NCBI GenBank assembly: GCA_963751455.1
Contig: CAVVUN010000001.1
Coordinates: 576,001-640,000 of the forward strand
From: Nitrospirota bacterium
Lineage (GTDB): Bacteria; Nitrospirota; UBA9217
DNA length: 64,000 nucleotides
Reading direction: 5' to 3'
Below the pieces are notes generated by a model. That model was not told where the DNA came from. It did not search any database and saw nothing but the letters and a program-made list of their open reading frames with translations. Numbering within the stretch: the first letter of the stretch is position 1; every line of letters begins with the position of its first letter. Shown here piece by piece: positions 1 to 9,996 of the stretch. The position numbers and the translations under genes are program-made.

Positions 1-45
1 GGCGACCAGCAGATAAACGAGGCATTTTCCTGCAATCCGGGTCAT
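1..45 (-). CDS. Partial CDS (N-terminus only), next gene of the biosynthetic operon, signal-peptide-like start
   Basis: ATG at 45-43 overlaps the TGA (44-42) of the radical SAM gene (ATGA coupling); reads MTRIAGKCLVYLLVA and runs off the window. Confidence 0.55.
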   Translation of the reverse strand, partial: MTRIAGKCLVYLLVA

Positions 46-1532
46 TTAGCCACCGTGCCCGGAGCAGCCTGAATCACTTTTACCTTGCCCCGCGCGATCA
101 GATCGGTCCCGCGATAAACTTCACCGTTGACGGTGCCGTAATCGCCGTTTTTTGCAATCTTCACTACCTTTATCTGCAGGACGTCCCCTATCCGGGCAGT
201 CCCCAGGATCTCGAGCTTTTTCACTTCGGTCTCAAATCCTTCCGGTTTCGGATCACGGCTTCCGAGCTTGCGGAACCCCTCCTGTGCGGCGAGCGCCTGG
301 GAAAAGAGCTCGGGATAGGAGGCTTCGACCAAAGTCCCGGTTCCGTTGACGAACCGCGAACCGGCTTTGACCGTCATCTCGGAAACGGAGGCACGCTCCT
401 TCATTTCAATCAGCCGGTCGATCATAAGCAGCGGCGGTTTGTGCGGCACGAGCCGCGAAGCTTCTACGGGCAGAAAGAGTATCTCCTTCTTCTTATCGAT
501 ATTCTTCCAGCAGAGAGGGTCCGAGGCCAGGTAATCGCCGGTCAACTGGTAAGCGGCCCCCCGGCATCCATAGCATTCGTCAAGATCTTTACAGGAAGCG
601 CAGGGCCCCTTGATCATATGGCGGTAGCGCTTCAAGTCCTGGACGACCTCGCTGTTGCCGAGTATATCCTTCAGTTTATTGTCGCGGACGTTCCCGATCG
701 GGATCGTCACGCCGACGCACGGCTGCACATTGCCTTCGGAGCTTACCGCGCAGGAAAACTGGTGCCTGAGGCAGACTCCCCCTACGAGCGGCGGTCTCGG
801 GTCCCAGTGGTTCCCGTATTTTCTGCTGTCGATTTCCGCTATTTTGTGGAAAAACGCTTCCGCCTGTTTCGTATTGATATCAAGGGCCAGGTTTTCTTTT
901 GCCCCTCCCTGGGGCGTTATCATCTCGAAATACGGCGCAATGTTCTGGTCCCGCAGCCATTCCCACATCCGGGGGAGTTCTTCGATGTTCTGCTGGCAGA
1001 TGATTGTGCTTACGCCCATGAAGCGGTCTACCGAAGGATACCCTGCTTGCTTCAGGTTCGCGAATGCATGGTGTATCTGTGCATAGGCCCCGGTTCTGCC
1101 TGAAAGCATGTCCTGCATCTTTTCATCGAAGCTGTTCATCTTGAGGACGACCCGGACTTTATAGTCATGGAGTGTTCGCGCCATATCGGCAGTGATCCCG
1201 GTCCCGTTCGTGAAAAGTTCAATCTCCATGCCCAGGCTTCTGATGAACTCTATCATTTCCATGATCGAGGGATAGAGCATCGGCTCGCCGCCGAGAATGA
1301 TGATCTTGCGGGCCCCGAGATTCTTCGCCTGGGTGATGACGTCCTTGAATTGGTCCTTGGTCAGCTCGTTCCGCCGATTTCCGTTCTCTGAGGCGTAACA
1401 GTAGATGCAGTGAAAATTGCAAACACTGTTGAACTCTATCTCCATCGAGAGCAGCCTGCCGTTCCGGACGGCATCCGCTATTTCGGCGGCTGAGAATTCC
1501 GCCGCATAAATTCTGGTCTGGCAACTATTCAT
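42..1532 (-). CDS. Radical SAM/SPASM enzyme fused to a C-terminal FabZ-like hot-dog domain
   Basis: CNFHCIYC (CxxxCxxC), GGEP, SPASM-type cysteines (C..QPC..CASC..ECYGCRG..DPLC), then LVPHKPPLLMIDRL...ELFSQ hot-dog motif. Confidence 0.88.
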   Translation of the reverse strand: MNSCQTRIYAAEFSAAEIADAVRNGRLLSMEIEFNSVCNFHCIYCYASENGNRRNELTKDQFKDVITQAKNLGARKIIILGGEPMLYPSIMEMIEFIRSLGMEIELFTNGTGITADMARTLHDYKVRVVLKMNSFDEKMQDMLSGRTGAYAQIHHAFANLKQAGYPSVDRFMGVSTIICQQNIEELPRMWEWLRDQNIAPYFEMITPQGGAKENLALDINTKQAEAFFHKIAEIDSRKYGNHWDPRPPLVGGVCLRHQFSCAVSSEGNVQPCVGVTIPIGNVRDNKLKDILGNSEVVQDLKRYRHMIKGPCASCKDLDECYGCRGAAYQLTGDYLASDPLCWKNIDKKKEILFLPVEASRLVPHKPPLLMIDRLIEMKERASVSEMTVKAGSRFVNGTGTLVEASYPELFSQALAAQEGFRKLGSRDPKPEGFETEVKKLEILGTARIGDVLQIKVVKIAKNGDYGTVNGEVYRGTDLIARGKVKVIQAAPGTVAK

Positions 1533-2871
1533 GGCTTTTCCTCTTATCGACGAATCTGATCAGCTTCCGGGCATTCCCGGGATAAACCTGTTTTCGCACC
1601 TGTTCCGCGCTCTCTATCATTACCGGAGGACGGACGCGTAAACGGGTCTGCAGCTTGTCCATGATCATCCCCGGGGTATAGGTATCGTCCTTGACCGCGA
1701 CCGTGACCGTTATAATGTCGGACAGGTCGTAATCATTTGTTGCGGTAACGTAATAATCGGTGACCGAGGGAACCGCATCCAGCACCTCGTAAACCGCGTT
1801 CGGGTACAGTGTCGTTCCCCGGAACTTGATCATCTGCTTTTTCCTCCCGAGGATAGGTCCCAGCCTCGGCGAGAAACGGCCGCAGGAACAAGGTTCGTCG
1901 GTCAGAAAGCTGACGTCTCCGGTCCTGAAGCGGATGAGCGGCATGCCCTCGATCCGGAGCGGGGTCACGACGACCTCGCCGTCTGCTCCCGGCGCTGCTC
2001 TTTTCCCGCTGTCATCCACGATCTCGACAACCGCGAGATCGGGATGGAGGTGCCCTCCCTGCTGCGCGGTGCACTCGCAAAAAGAGGTTATCGTCTCTGA
2101 AGACGCGTAGGTCGAGTAAATCTTTGCGCCCCACACTTCCTCAAGAGCTTCTCCGAGTTTTATAAACCGGAGGCTTCTGTCTCTGATCGGCTCGCCGATG
2201 CAGATCAGCTTCCGAATGCCCGTCTGACGGGGATCGGTTTGCTGAGACTGCAGATGCCGCCCGAGTTTCAGCAGAAATGACGGCACACCCACGAGGGCGG
2301 TCGGTTTAAGCCTCTGGATGATCTCGAAATGGCTCTCGACGCTGCTTAAACCGTTCCTGATCGCGGCGGCCCCCAGCCGCCGGACACCCGAGAAGTACGC
2401 GAGGCCTGCAATGAAGCACCGGTCCATCGTGCAGGTCAGGAGCACTACGTCATCCCGCGTCATGCCGCAGCTGCTGAAGGAAATCTCCTCATTATACGCA
2501 AGGCGCTCGAGGTCGTTTCCGGTGTACATCATCGTTGTCGGCTTGCCTGTCGTGCCTGATGAAAGGACTATATCGGAGATGTCCGGTCGTGGAACCGCCA
2601 GAAAATCTTCATTGTACTGCCCGAATTCCGACTTGTCCGTAAGGGGCAGCTGCTGAAGAGAGTCCAACGTTACGGCTGCGGCGTCTATCCCGTGCTTTTG
2701 AAAAAGCCTCCGATAATAGGGAGAACGCGCGGCTGCATACTGTATATGGCTCTGAAGCAGGGCTTCCTGGATTTTCTTTATCTCTTCAGGACGGGAGAAC
2801 TCAAGTTTTCTGTTCCTGTCGAATTCTGTCGCACTCATAAGTGATACGCTGAAGCCCTTTCTCGTTGCCAC
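1525..2871 (-). CDS. Phenylacetate-CoA ligase (PaaK)-family adenylate-forming enzyme
   Basis: SSGTTGKP loop, TYASSE, PLIRFRTGD, GRKKQMIK; overlaps the downstream gene. Confidence 0.85.
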   Translation of the reverse strand: MATRKGFSVSLMSATEFDRNRKLEFSRPEEIKKIQEALLQSHIQYAAARSPYYRRLFQKHGIDAAAVTLDSLQQLPLTDKSEFGQYNEDFLAVPRPDISDIVLSSGTTGKPTTMMYTGNDLERLAYNEEISFSSCGMTRDDVVLLTCTMDRCFIAGLAYFSGVRRLGAAAIRNGLSSVESHFEIIQRLKPTALVGVPSFLLKLGRHLQSQQTDPRQTGIRKLICIGEPIRDRSLRFIKLGEALEEVWGAKIYSTYASSETITSFCECTAQQGGHLHPDLAVVEIVDDSGKRAAPGADGEVVVTPLRIEGMPLIRFRTGDVSFLTDEPCSCGRFSPRLGPILGRKKQMIKFRGTTLYPNAVYEVLDAVPSVTDYYVTATNDYDLSDIITVTVAVKDDTYTPGMIMDKLQTRLRVRPPVMIESAEQVRKQVYPGNARKLIRFVDKRKSHE

Positions 2872-2905
2872 GGATTATACTCAAAAACGGGGGTAGTAAG
2901 CAATA

Positions 2906-5323
2906 TTAAATCCTGACTTTAACGCGGTCGGGGCCCTCCTTGCTTTCTTTCAGCTCGATGCCCCGTTCCAGGACACTGCACATGGACGGAATGACAATTA
3001 CAGCCGAAACATATCCTGTAACGGTGCAAATAACCATGGCAAGGCCGGTTGAAAACAAAGCCGGGTGTTTCGCCAACAGCAGAACGCCGGCGCCCAGAAC
3101 ATTCGTGACTGCGGAAAGCGTTATGGCGACGACAGTCCCGGTTCGGAGATTGTTCCGGTATTCATACGTGACGCCCAGGCCGTAATCCACAATAACGCCG
3201 ATCATGACGATGAGAGCAATCATGTTTACAATGTTGAAACTGAGTTTAAAGAGGGCCATGATGCCGATCAGCCAGACGACCCCCGTCAGCACCGGAACCA
3301 GCGCGATGAAAGCCTCTTTCCAGTTTCTGAAGAAAAAGACAGCCGGGAGGACATTGAGCAGGACGGCAATAGGAGCGAGAATTTTCATCTCACGCGACGA
3401 GAAACGGGATATCGCAGATGACATTTCCCTGCCCGAGACAATGAACGTACCCGGGTATTTCTTTGCTACGAGCTTAAGCGCATCAACCGTCTGCTGTTCT
3501 TCGGGAAAGAATGACAGTATACCGGCCCCGTCTGCCTTCAGAACAACAAAACGCTCATGGAGTTTTGATATCATTCCGTCGGCAGTTTTGCCGGCGTCAT
3601 CATGTTCATACAGCCCTTCGAAAAAAGGGGTAAAGGCCTTGTCGGAAAAGCCATGCCGGGGAGAAAGCTCCCGAATCAGCCCTTTCAGCTTCCGTTCCCG
3701 GCCCTCTTTCCAGAAGCGGTCCCAGTGTATGCTATTTTCCTTCCTCACTTTTTCAGAAGGCCAGAAATAAGCGAGACTCGTGAAATTTTCCTGCCCTACG
3801 GCACTGGTTGCGTCACGGTACACGAGGTCATTCTTCTCTGTCGCCTCTTCATAGGTTTTCCCCTGTACGACGAAAATTGCCTGGTTGCTCTTTCCGCCCC
3901 ATATATCGTGAAACTCCTCCTGATCAGCCAGCACCTTTGGGTCACTGCCGTCCAACTTTTTAAGATCGCTGTCGAAGTGAACGGTAAAGGCAAAAAACAG
4001 GAGAATGAGGGTCGATACTGCCCAAATGCCGATATTAATCCCGGCCCATCCATGGAATTTTTGAAGCCGGTCTCCCCCGGGAGGCAGGAACGTAGCGGAG
4101 TCGCGCGGACGCAGTACGAGAGGCAGCACGAACAGGGCAAAAAGGAGGCTGACAACCACACACAGGATCGAGAACGAGGCCAGCTGATGGTACCCGCGAA
4201 TCACCGAGAAATAAAGGGCCGCGAAACTGAAGATGGTCGTGGCTGCGTCTATCATAATGAGTTTTGCCACCTTCACCGTCCGCATCGTATCTACCCCGCT
4301 TCTCAGCGCTATGTAGACAAGCAGGCCGAAATCAGTCGAGATTCCGGCGATGGCCGTTCCAAGCCCGATTACCAGGTATGAGAGCCTGCCTTCAAGGCCG
4401 GTGCCGATAATAATGGCCCAGGTTACGGCTGCAGCCGGTATCAGAAAAACGAAGATCGCCCGAAAATCGCGAAACGCCAGAACGAAAAGCAGGAGGAATG
4501 CCGCCGAAGCGATCACCGAAGCGACCTTGATGTCCCGCTTGATTACCCGCTCGTTGCTGACTGTATGGAAATGACCGCTGACCATTGCGGCGGAAACGTA
4601 AGGCGGCAGCTGGCTGATCCGGTCCTGAACCGCCTGCACGACCGCAGCGCTCCCCTGTCCGTCGAGCATCGAGACCGGTGTCTGTACAATCAGCATCGTA
4701 TGCAGTCCGTCCCTGCTCATGAAATGACCGTCCTCGACAGCGACGTCATATCCCATGGAAGCAGGCAAGGCGCGCAGCTTGCCGAAAATGAGAAGTTTAA
4801 TGCCCAAAGGATCGGTCCGCGAGAGAGCAGACAGGAATATGCTTTCCGGCCGGAGGGACTGACGGAAGATCGTCCGCATCTGCTCATTAACGCTTTCCGG
4901 ACTGATTTTCCGGTCAAGGGCCGTGTAATCTTCTTCGTTCAATATCTGCGGTCCGTATCGGAGTACCGAGAACTCCTCCATCATATCGGCCGGCGAGAAA
5001 CCGGAAATGACCCTGGTAAAAAGCGGCGGGGTCAAGGCGGCGGCAAGCTGGTCGGCTGCAAAAAACAATTCTTTTTTGCTTTTTGAGGGGTCAGTCAGTC
5101 CCAGGGATATGATGATTTTATCCGAAAGGCTCGAGTCCCGGAGAGTGGCCAGGCTGCGGCTGATTTCAGGGTCGGGTGGGAGCATCACATCGATGCTGCT
5201 GTCGTAGCGGATAAACCAGAGGGCTCCGGCAGCGGCCGCTGTTGCGGAAAGAACGATCGCCAGGACCGCCCTTTTGTGGTCCCTGATCGCCTGAAACAGA
5301 TATAACAATAACGCGTCAAACAT
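2906..5323 (-). CDS. MMPL/RND-family lipid exporter
   Basis: 805 aa with two repeats of a periplasmic loop plus TM bundle; GISTDFG and GVIVDYG motifs. Confidence 0.85.
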   Translation of the reverse strand: MFDALLLYLFQAIRDHKRAVLAIVLSATAAAAGALWFIRYDSSIDVMLPPDPEISRSLATLRDSSLSDKIIISLGLTDPSKSKKELFFAADQLAAALTPPLFTRVISGFSPADMMEEFSVLRYGPQILNEEDYTALDRKISPESVNEQMRTIFRQSLRPESIFLSALSRTDPLGIKLLIFGKLRALPASMGYDVAVEDGHFMSRDGLHTMLIVQTPVSMLDGQGSAAVVQAVQDRISQLPPYVSAAMVSGHFHTVSNERVIKRDIKVASVIASAAFLLLFVLAFRDFRAIFVFLIPAAAVTWAIIIGTGLEGRLSYLVIGLGTAIAGISTDFGLLVYIALRSGVDTMRTVKVAKLIMIDAATTIFSFAALYFSVIRGYHQLASFSILCVVVSLLFALFVLPLVLRPRDSATFLPPGGDRLQKFHGWAGINIGIWAVSTLILLFFAFTVHFDSDLKKLDGSDPKVLADQEEFHDIWGGKSNQAIFVVQGKTYEEATEKNDLVYRDATSAVGQENFTSLAYFWPSEKVRKENSIHWDRFWKEGRERKLKGLIRELSPRHGFSDKAFTPFFEGLYEHDDAGKTADGMISKLHERFVVLKADGAGILSFFPEEQQTVDALKLVAKKYPGTFIVSGREMSSAISRFSSREMKILAPIAVLLNVLPAVFFFRNWKEAFIALVPVLTGVVWLIGIMALFKLSFNIVNMIALIVMIGVIVDYGLGVTYEYRNNLRTGTVVAITLSAVTNVLGAGVLLLAKHPALFSTGLAMVICTVTGYVSAVIVIPSMCSVLERGIELKESKEGPDRVKVRI

Positions 5324-5384
5324 CGGCTATAGTCTTATCCCCGGAGCAAACTCAAAATTGAATTCATCAAGCTTGAAAAGGTCT

Positions 5385-6254
5385 TCATGTCTTAAGAACT
5401 TTCCTTGTCTTCATGATGAAGCTGCCGGCCGATTTTCCTTCAATGGTCAGTCCGGCTTTTATGGTGAAGCTGTCATCATCGCGCACGACTTTCACTTCAG
5501 CCGCTACCTGATCGCCGGGCAAGACCTGCCTCGAGAATTTCGCTCTATCAACCGCCGACAGGACCATCGGACAGGAACTCGCTTGTTCAGCCAATACCAA
5601 CGTCAAATGGAGCAGAGCCACTCCCGGAACGATGGGATATCCGGGGAAGTGGCCGCGGAAACCCGGGAAATCATGATCGAACGAGATTTTTCCGCGGACA
5701 AGTCCGTCCTGGGTGGACTCCATTCCGGAGATCTTGCTGCGAAAATAATTATGGACAAGGGTTTCACCAGGAAGCTCATTTTCCGCAGAACAGCCCGCTG
5801 TGGCCGGATCATAGGCTTTTTTTAGCGGCGACGGGTTATCGAACACAAAGAGCTTCAGGTTTCCTTTTGCCAGAAGGTCCTTGCCCCGGTAAACGTCGCC
5901 TTCTACTATAGTGAAATTGTTCAGCTGCATCCCTTTTCGCAATTTCAAGTCCAGTTCGTCGCCGGCAACCGCTTTTCCCATTACCATGAAGTCATTGACC
6001 CCGGCAAGAAAACCGCTTCTGACCGGCTTGCCCGCCTTTGTCGATTCATAGCCGTCGCCGGCAGCGGCCAATTGCGCAAGGAGTTCCACAAAACAAGCTG
6101 CGTCAAGGCCGCGGGAGCTGATGAAAATATTTCCGGGCTTGATGACTGTTTTTCCTTCCATAAAATCCGAACTGCTGGCACAGAGTTTATCGAGAAGAAG
6201 CATTGATTCCCTGTGGGGAATAATGTCTTTTGCATCAACCGGGAATTGCATCAT
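5385..6254 (-). CDS. Tandem hot-dog 3-hydroxyacyl-ACP dehydratase (ApeP/ApeI-like fusion)
   Basis: N-domain IPHRESMLLLD...ELLAQ; C-domain FRGHFPGYPIVPGV. Confidence 0.85.
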   Translation of the reverse strand: MMQFPVDAKDIIPHRESMLLLDKLCASSSDFMEGKTVIKPGNIFISSRGLDAACFVELLAQLAAAGDGYESTKAGKPVRSGFLAGVNDFMVMGKAVAGDELDLKLRKGMQLNNFTIVEGDVYRGKDLLAKGNLKLFVFDNPSPLKKAYDPATAGCSAENELPGETLVHNYFRSKISGMESTQDGLVRGKISFDHDFPGFRGHFPGYPIVPGVALLHLTLVLAEQASSCPMVLSAVDRAKFSRQVLPGDQVAAEVKVVRDDDSFTIKAGLTIEGKSAGSFIMKTRKVLKT

Positions 6255-6291
6255 GTCATCGTCCTTGCTGATAGCAGTCGAACGCCCCGTT

Positions 6292-7032
6292 CTACCCGTC
6301 CAGGCGTCCCCTTATTACTGCTTCAACATGCTTTTTTAATTTGATCGCCCGGCGCTCTTCGGGAAATGAAGATGGATGCACAGGCGGAAGAATTTCCATT
6401 TTGACCGTTGCGCGCCTCACCAGGTGGTCTTTCATGGGTAAAAATTTTTCAGTCCCGGTCATGCAGACCGGAACCACAGGAATGTTCAATTCGGCTGCGA
6501 GCAGGAATGCCCCTGAACGGAAAACCTGCAGCCTGCCGTCGCGCGAGCGGTGTCCTTCCGGAAAAAAAAGAAACGAAGCGGCCCGTTCCCGAAGGGCCTT
6601 GCCGTGTCCCGCAACAAACTCCCTGACGTCCGTTTTCTCAATATCGACATACCCGGCCCTTTTCATGAACCAGCTGAGCACCCAGAGCCTGAAGGGCCAT
6701 GACCGAACAAATACGACCGTATTCGACGGTGTAAAAAACGGCGCAAAGAAAATATCCGCAGTGGAACGGTGATTGACGACGATAACGCATGCACTGCCGA
6801 CCGGTATGTTTTCTCTTCCCGCCGATACTATCTTCAGGAGCGGACGCGATGAACGGACCAGAAAACGGCCGTATAACCTGTTGAAGACCCGGAGCGCGTC
6901 GTCGATCATGCCCTTGTATATCAACCGATGCCCGATGATGATGAAGGGCGTCATTAACCCGTAGAGAGCCGTAGCGAGAACAAGATAAAAGAGATAAACT
7001 ACGGTGACTACGGTAAGCGAAATTTTTATCAT
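6292..7032 (-). CDS. Lysophospholipid acyltransferase (PlsC-like)
   Basis: NHRSTAD (HxxxxD) and FPEGHRS motifs. Confidence 0.88.
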   Translation of the reverse strand: MIKISLTVVTVVYLFYLVLATALYGLMTPFIIIGHRLIYKGMIDDALRVFNRLYGRFLVRSSRPLLKIVSAGRENIPVGSACVIVVNHRSTADIFFAPFFTPSNTVVFVRSWPFRLWVLSWFMKRAGYVDIEKTDVREFVAGHGKALRERAASFLFFPEGHRSRDGRLQVFRSGAFLLAAELNIPVVPVCMTGTEKFLPMKDHLVRRATVKMEILPPVHPSSFPEERRAIKLKKHVEAVIRGRLDG

Positions 7033-7050
7033 GTGTTTATACGGCCGGGA

Positions 7051-7311
7051 TTAAATACTTTTCTGCTTCTCGATGATGAAGCCATACACATCGCTCAAGG
7101 TTCGAATAGCCCGGATCTTTGCTTCATCCGTGTTTCTCGATATTTTAAAGTTGAATTCGTGCTCCAGCGCGACGACGAGATCGACACTGTCCAGACTGTC
7201 CAGCCCAAGCTCCTCGTACAGATTGGCCCCGGGCTTGAGCATTTCTTCGTTAAGTTCAAACTCCTGCACCAGGATTTTCTTAACGCGTTCGGCGATCTCC
7301 TGTTCGGTCAT
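7051..7311 (-). CDS. Acyl carrier protein
   Basis: 86 aa, acidic, LGLDSLD phosphopantetheine site; GGAGG RBS upstream. Confidence 0.92.
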   Translation of the reverse strand: MTEQEIAERVKKILVQEFELNEEMLKPGANLYEELGLDSLDSVDLVVALEHEFNFKISRNTDEAKIRAIRTLSDVYGFIIEKQKSI

Positions 7312-7318
7312 GTTGTTT

Positions 7319-8557
7319 TTAAAACCTCCTTAGAATAAGTACGGAATTTATGCCCCCGAAGGCAAAGCTGTTTTTTATGACGGTATTGATTCTGTTGTTC
7401 GCCTGACCGTTCACATGGGAGACGATGTCGCAGCCTTCCCCCGGGTTCTTCAGATTAAGGGTGGGGATTAATTTTCCGCGATGCATCATCTGAACCGAAG
7501 CTGCAAGCTCCAGCGCTCCGCTCGCGCCCAAGGTGTGTCCCATGTGACCTTTGAGACTGCTTACCGGCACTTTTTTCTCTCCGAAAACCTCGCGTATGGC
7601 TTCCGCTTCAGCCTGATCCCCGAGGAGTGTTCCCGTCGCATGGGCATTGATATAATCCACGGCATCCGGACCGATTTCTGCGTTTGTGAGTGCGTCCTTT
7701 ATGCACCGGGCGATCGAGGCGCTGTGGGGCTGGGCGAGATGGGTCCCGTCTGACGAAGTCGAAAAGCCGGTTATCTCCGCGAGAATGACTGCGCCCCGCT
7801 CCCGTGCGCTCTCTACGGATTCGAGAACGATGCATCCGGCGCCTTCGCCGCAGACGGTCCCGTCCCGTTCGCTGTCAAACGGCCGCGGAGTTTCCCGGGG
7901 ATTGTCGTTATATTTGCATGACGTGGCGTTCAGCAGATCGAACGAACCGCACACAAGAGCATCGAGTTCATCCGCCCCCCCGCAGATCATGATGTCCTGA
8001 AGCCCGTACCGTATAGCCTCATACCCGAGGCCGATTGCCTGCGCCGAAGAAGAGCAGGCCGAATCCGGAGATATTACCCTGCCGGATATGTTCAACGCGT
8101 GGGCGATATTTGCAGCGCACGTATGGCTCATCACCTGGAAAAAAGCGCCGGACGATATATTCCGAAGCGAACCGGTCGTGAGATACTCCTTGAAATATTC
8201 GGTCAGAGATTCGGCGCTTCCCATGGATGACGAAAAACTCACTCCCGTCCTGCCCGACGAAAAGCAGGCTTCCGGAAGCCGCGCTTCCCGAATTGCTTCC
8301 TGCGCGGCATGCAGGGCCATCATCGCGGTGAGCCCCATGGTGCGCCGGTATTTTCTCGGAATCGCTTTCGGCGGAAGCGGCCCCTTGAGCGGAGCTCCCA
8401 CCCAGCAGTTCAGATCATGGATGCGGCTCTCCCATTTCTCTTTTTGAGAAACAACCGCTGACTCGCCGGCATACAGGCCGTCGATCATCGGCTTCATGCC
8501 TATTCCGAAAGGCGAAACCGCTCCCATTCCCGTAATAACGACTTTTTTTACCTGCAT
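7319..8557 (-). CDS. Beta-ketoacyl-ACP synthase (FabF/FabB family)
   Basis: SACSSS, HATGT, GHTLGA (Cys-His-His triad), NSFAFGG. Confidence 0.92.
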   Translation of the reverse strand: MQVKKVVITGMGAVSPFGIGMKPMIDGLYAGESAVVSQKEKWESRIHDLNCWVGAPLKGPLPPKAIPRKYRRTMGLTAMMALHAAQEAIREARLPEACFSSGRTGVSFSSSMGSAESLTEYFKEYLTTGSLRNISSGAFFQVMSHTCAANIAHALNISGRVISPDSACSSSAQAIGLGYEAIRYGLQDIMICGGADELDALVCGSFDLLNATSCKYNDNPRETPRPFDSERDGTVCGEGAGCIVLESVESARERGAVILAEITGFSTSSDGTHLAQPHSASIARCIKDALTNAEIGPDAVDYINAHATGTLLGDQAEAEAIREVFGEKKVPVSSLKGHMGHTLGASGALELAASVQMMHRGKLIPTLNLKNPGEGCDIVSHVNGQANNRINTVIKNSFAFGGINSVLILRRF

Positions 8558-9996
8558 TTTATTATCTCGTTCCAGAGGGTCTTGGCATCGAGGATCATAA
8601 ACGCCGCTAAAAACCCTGAAATCATGCTGCTCATCACGCCGGGGACCAGGATGCTCTGCCCGGCGAGGTAAAGCCCTTTGACCGGTGTGGCCTGCGATAA
8701 TTGCGCCTGATCGATCGACTGCTTTACTCCATACATCGAACCCCCGGGTGTACCCGTATATCTCTCATACGTAAACCGTGTCGCGCTGTCCGCGACTTTG
8801 CACTTTCCCCTGAATCCGGGGAATATCTCCAAAAACTGGCTCATGGATTTTTCGGTCTCCCACGCCTTATACTCGAGGTATCGCTCGGAGCGCCACTGAA
8901 CGTCCCGCAATTCCGGGGGAACATCGTCCGTCCCGGATTCGCGCAGAACGCAGAGCGCCTTTTTGTTGCCTGCATCGGTATTCGGTCCGCATGCCATGAT
9001 CGAGATGGGCGGCTTTCCCGATTTCCCAAACGAGTGATAATTGGTCCCGACCAGTTCTGCGGGAACATGATCGGTTTGAAGAAATACCGCAAAAGCCGAA
9101 GTCGTATTCTCGATCCGTTTGAGCCGGGATATATAGGCCGGGCGGACCGCTTCGCGGGGCAGGATATCGCGCAACAGAGCAGGATGCATCGTGCTTACGC
9201 AATGGCTGCACTCGAGCAGCTCTCCCCCGGAGATGCGAACACCGGTGAGCCGCCGCCCCTCGCCAGCCTCGATCCCGGTCGCCGTTTTGCCGCAGAGAAT
9301 CTCCACGCCCTCCTGTTTGAGCCGGGAAGAAAAAGCAGTCACGAGCTCGTCTCCGCCGTGGACAAGCGTTTGAGGAGAGCGGTAAAAAGTGCCCATGACC
9401 ATCGCGTGAAGGTAAAACGGTATTTCGCGTCCGGGTGATCCATAGAGAAACTGGCCGTATGCCCCGAGCAATTGCACAAGCGCCTCTTCGGCGCCCCGCT
9501 GGCGTAAAAAAACGTCGAGAGACTCGTTGCAGGTCGGGTCCGTCGGGACTTCGTTATAATTGAGGCTGAAATTTAAAAAGGCGGTCGATCCGAGCACGTA
9601 CTCGATCTTGCTGATATATTCATCGATCGCGTGTTTGCTTTTCGGGAAGCTGCCGGACAACGCGTCCCGGATATTCTCAATCCCGGCCGGGAACACGACT
9701 TCCTGCTCGCCGTTGCGTAAGACGTCGTATCCGTTCTCGTTCATCGGAACCGGGTTTATCTTGTCCCGCATTCTGAGATAGCGGAAAATAACCGACATGG
9801 TTCCCGATTCTTCGAACCCGCCTGTATAATGAAAACCCGGGTCACACCAGAAATCTCCGCGTTTAAACCTGCGGATCAAGGGAGCTATGCGGCTGCTTCT
9901 TTCGATGAGGGCAACGCGCTGTCCGTTTTGTGCGAGAACCAGGGCGGAGGTCAATCCGCTCATCCCGGATCCGATGACTACCGTATCATAACGCAC
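8548..9996 (-). CDS. Phytoene dehydrogenase (CrtI)-like FAD oxidoreductase
   Basis: GSGMSG dinucleotide fold, DPGFHYTGG, GSMYG, GLYLAGQS. Confidence 0.85.
   Translation of the reverse strand: MRYDTVVIGSGMSGLTSALVLAQNGQRVALIERSSRIAPLIRRFKRGDFWCDPGFHYTGGFEESGTMSVIFRYLRMRDKINPVPMNENGYDVLRNGEQEVVFPAGIENIRDALSGSFPKSKHAIDEYISKIEYVLGSTAFLNFSLNYNEVPTDPTCNESLDVFLRQRGAEEALVQLLGAYGQFLYGSPGREIPFYLHAMVMGTFYRSPQTLVHGGDELVTAFSSRLKQEGVEILCGKTATGIEAGEGRRLTGVRISGGELLECSHCVSTMHPALLRDILPREAVRPAYISRLKRIENTTSAFAVFLQTDHVPAELVGTNYHSFGKSGKPPISIMACGPNTDAGNKKALCVLRESGTDDVPPELRDVQWRSERYLEYKAWETEKSMSQFLEIFPGFRGKCKVADSATRFTYERYTGTPGGSMYGVKQSIDQAQLSQATPVKGLYLAGQSILVPGVMSSMISGFLAAFMILDAKTLWNEIIKCR

Noticed and set aside
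42-1532. RiPP maturase interpretation of the SPASM enzyme
   Set aside because: No precursor peptide or RRE is visible; the context and fusion point to acyl-ACP chemistry
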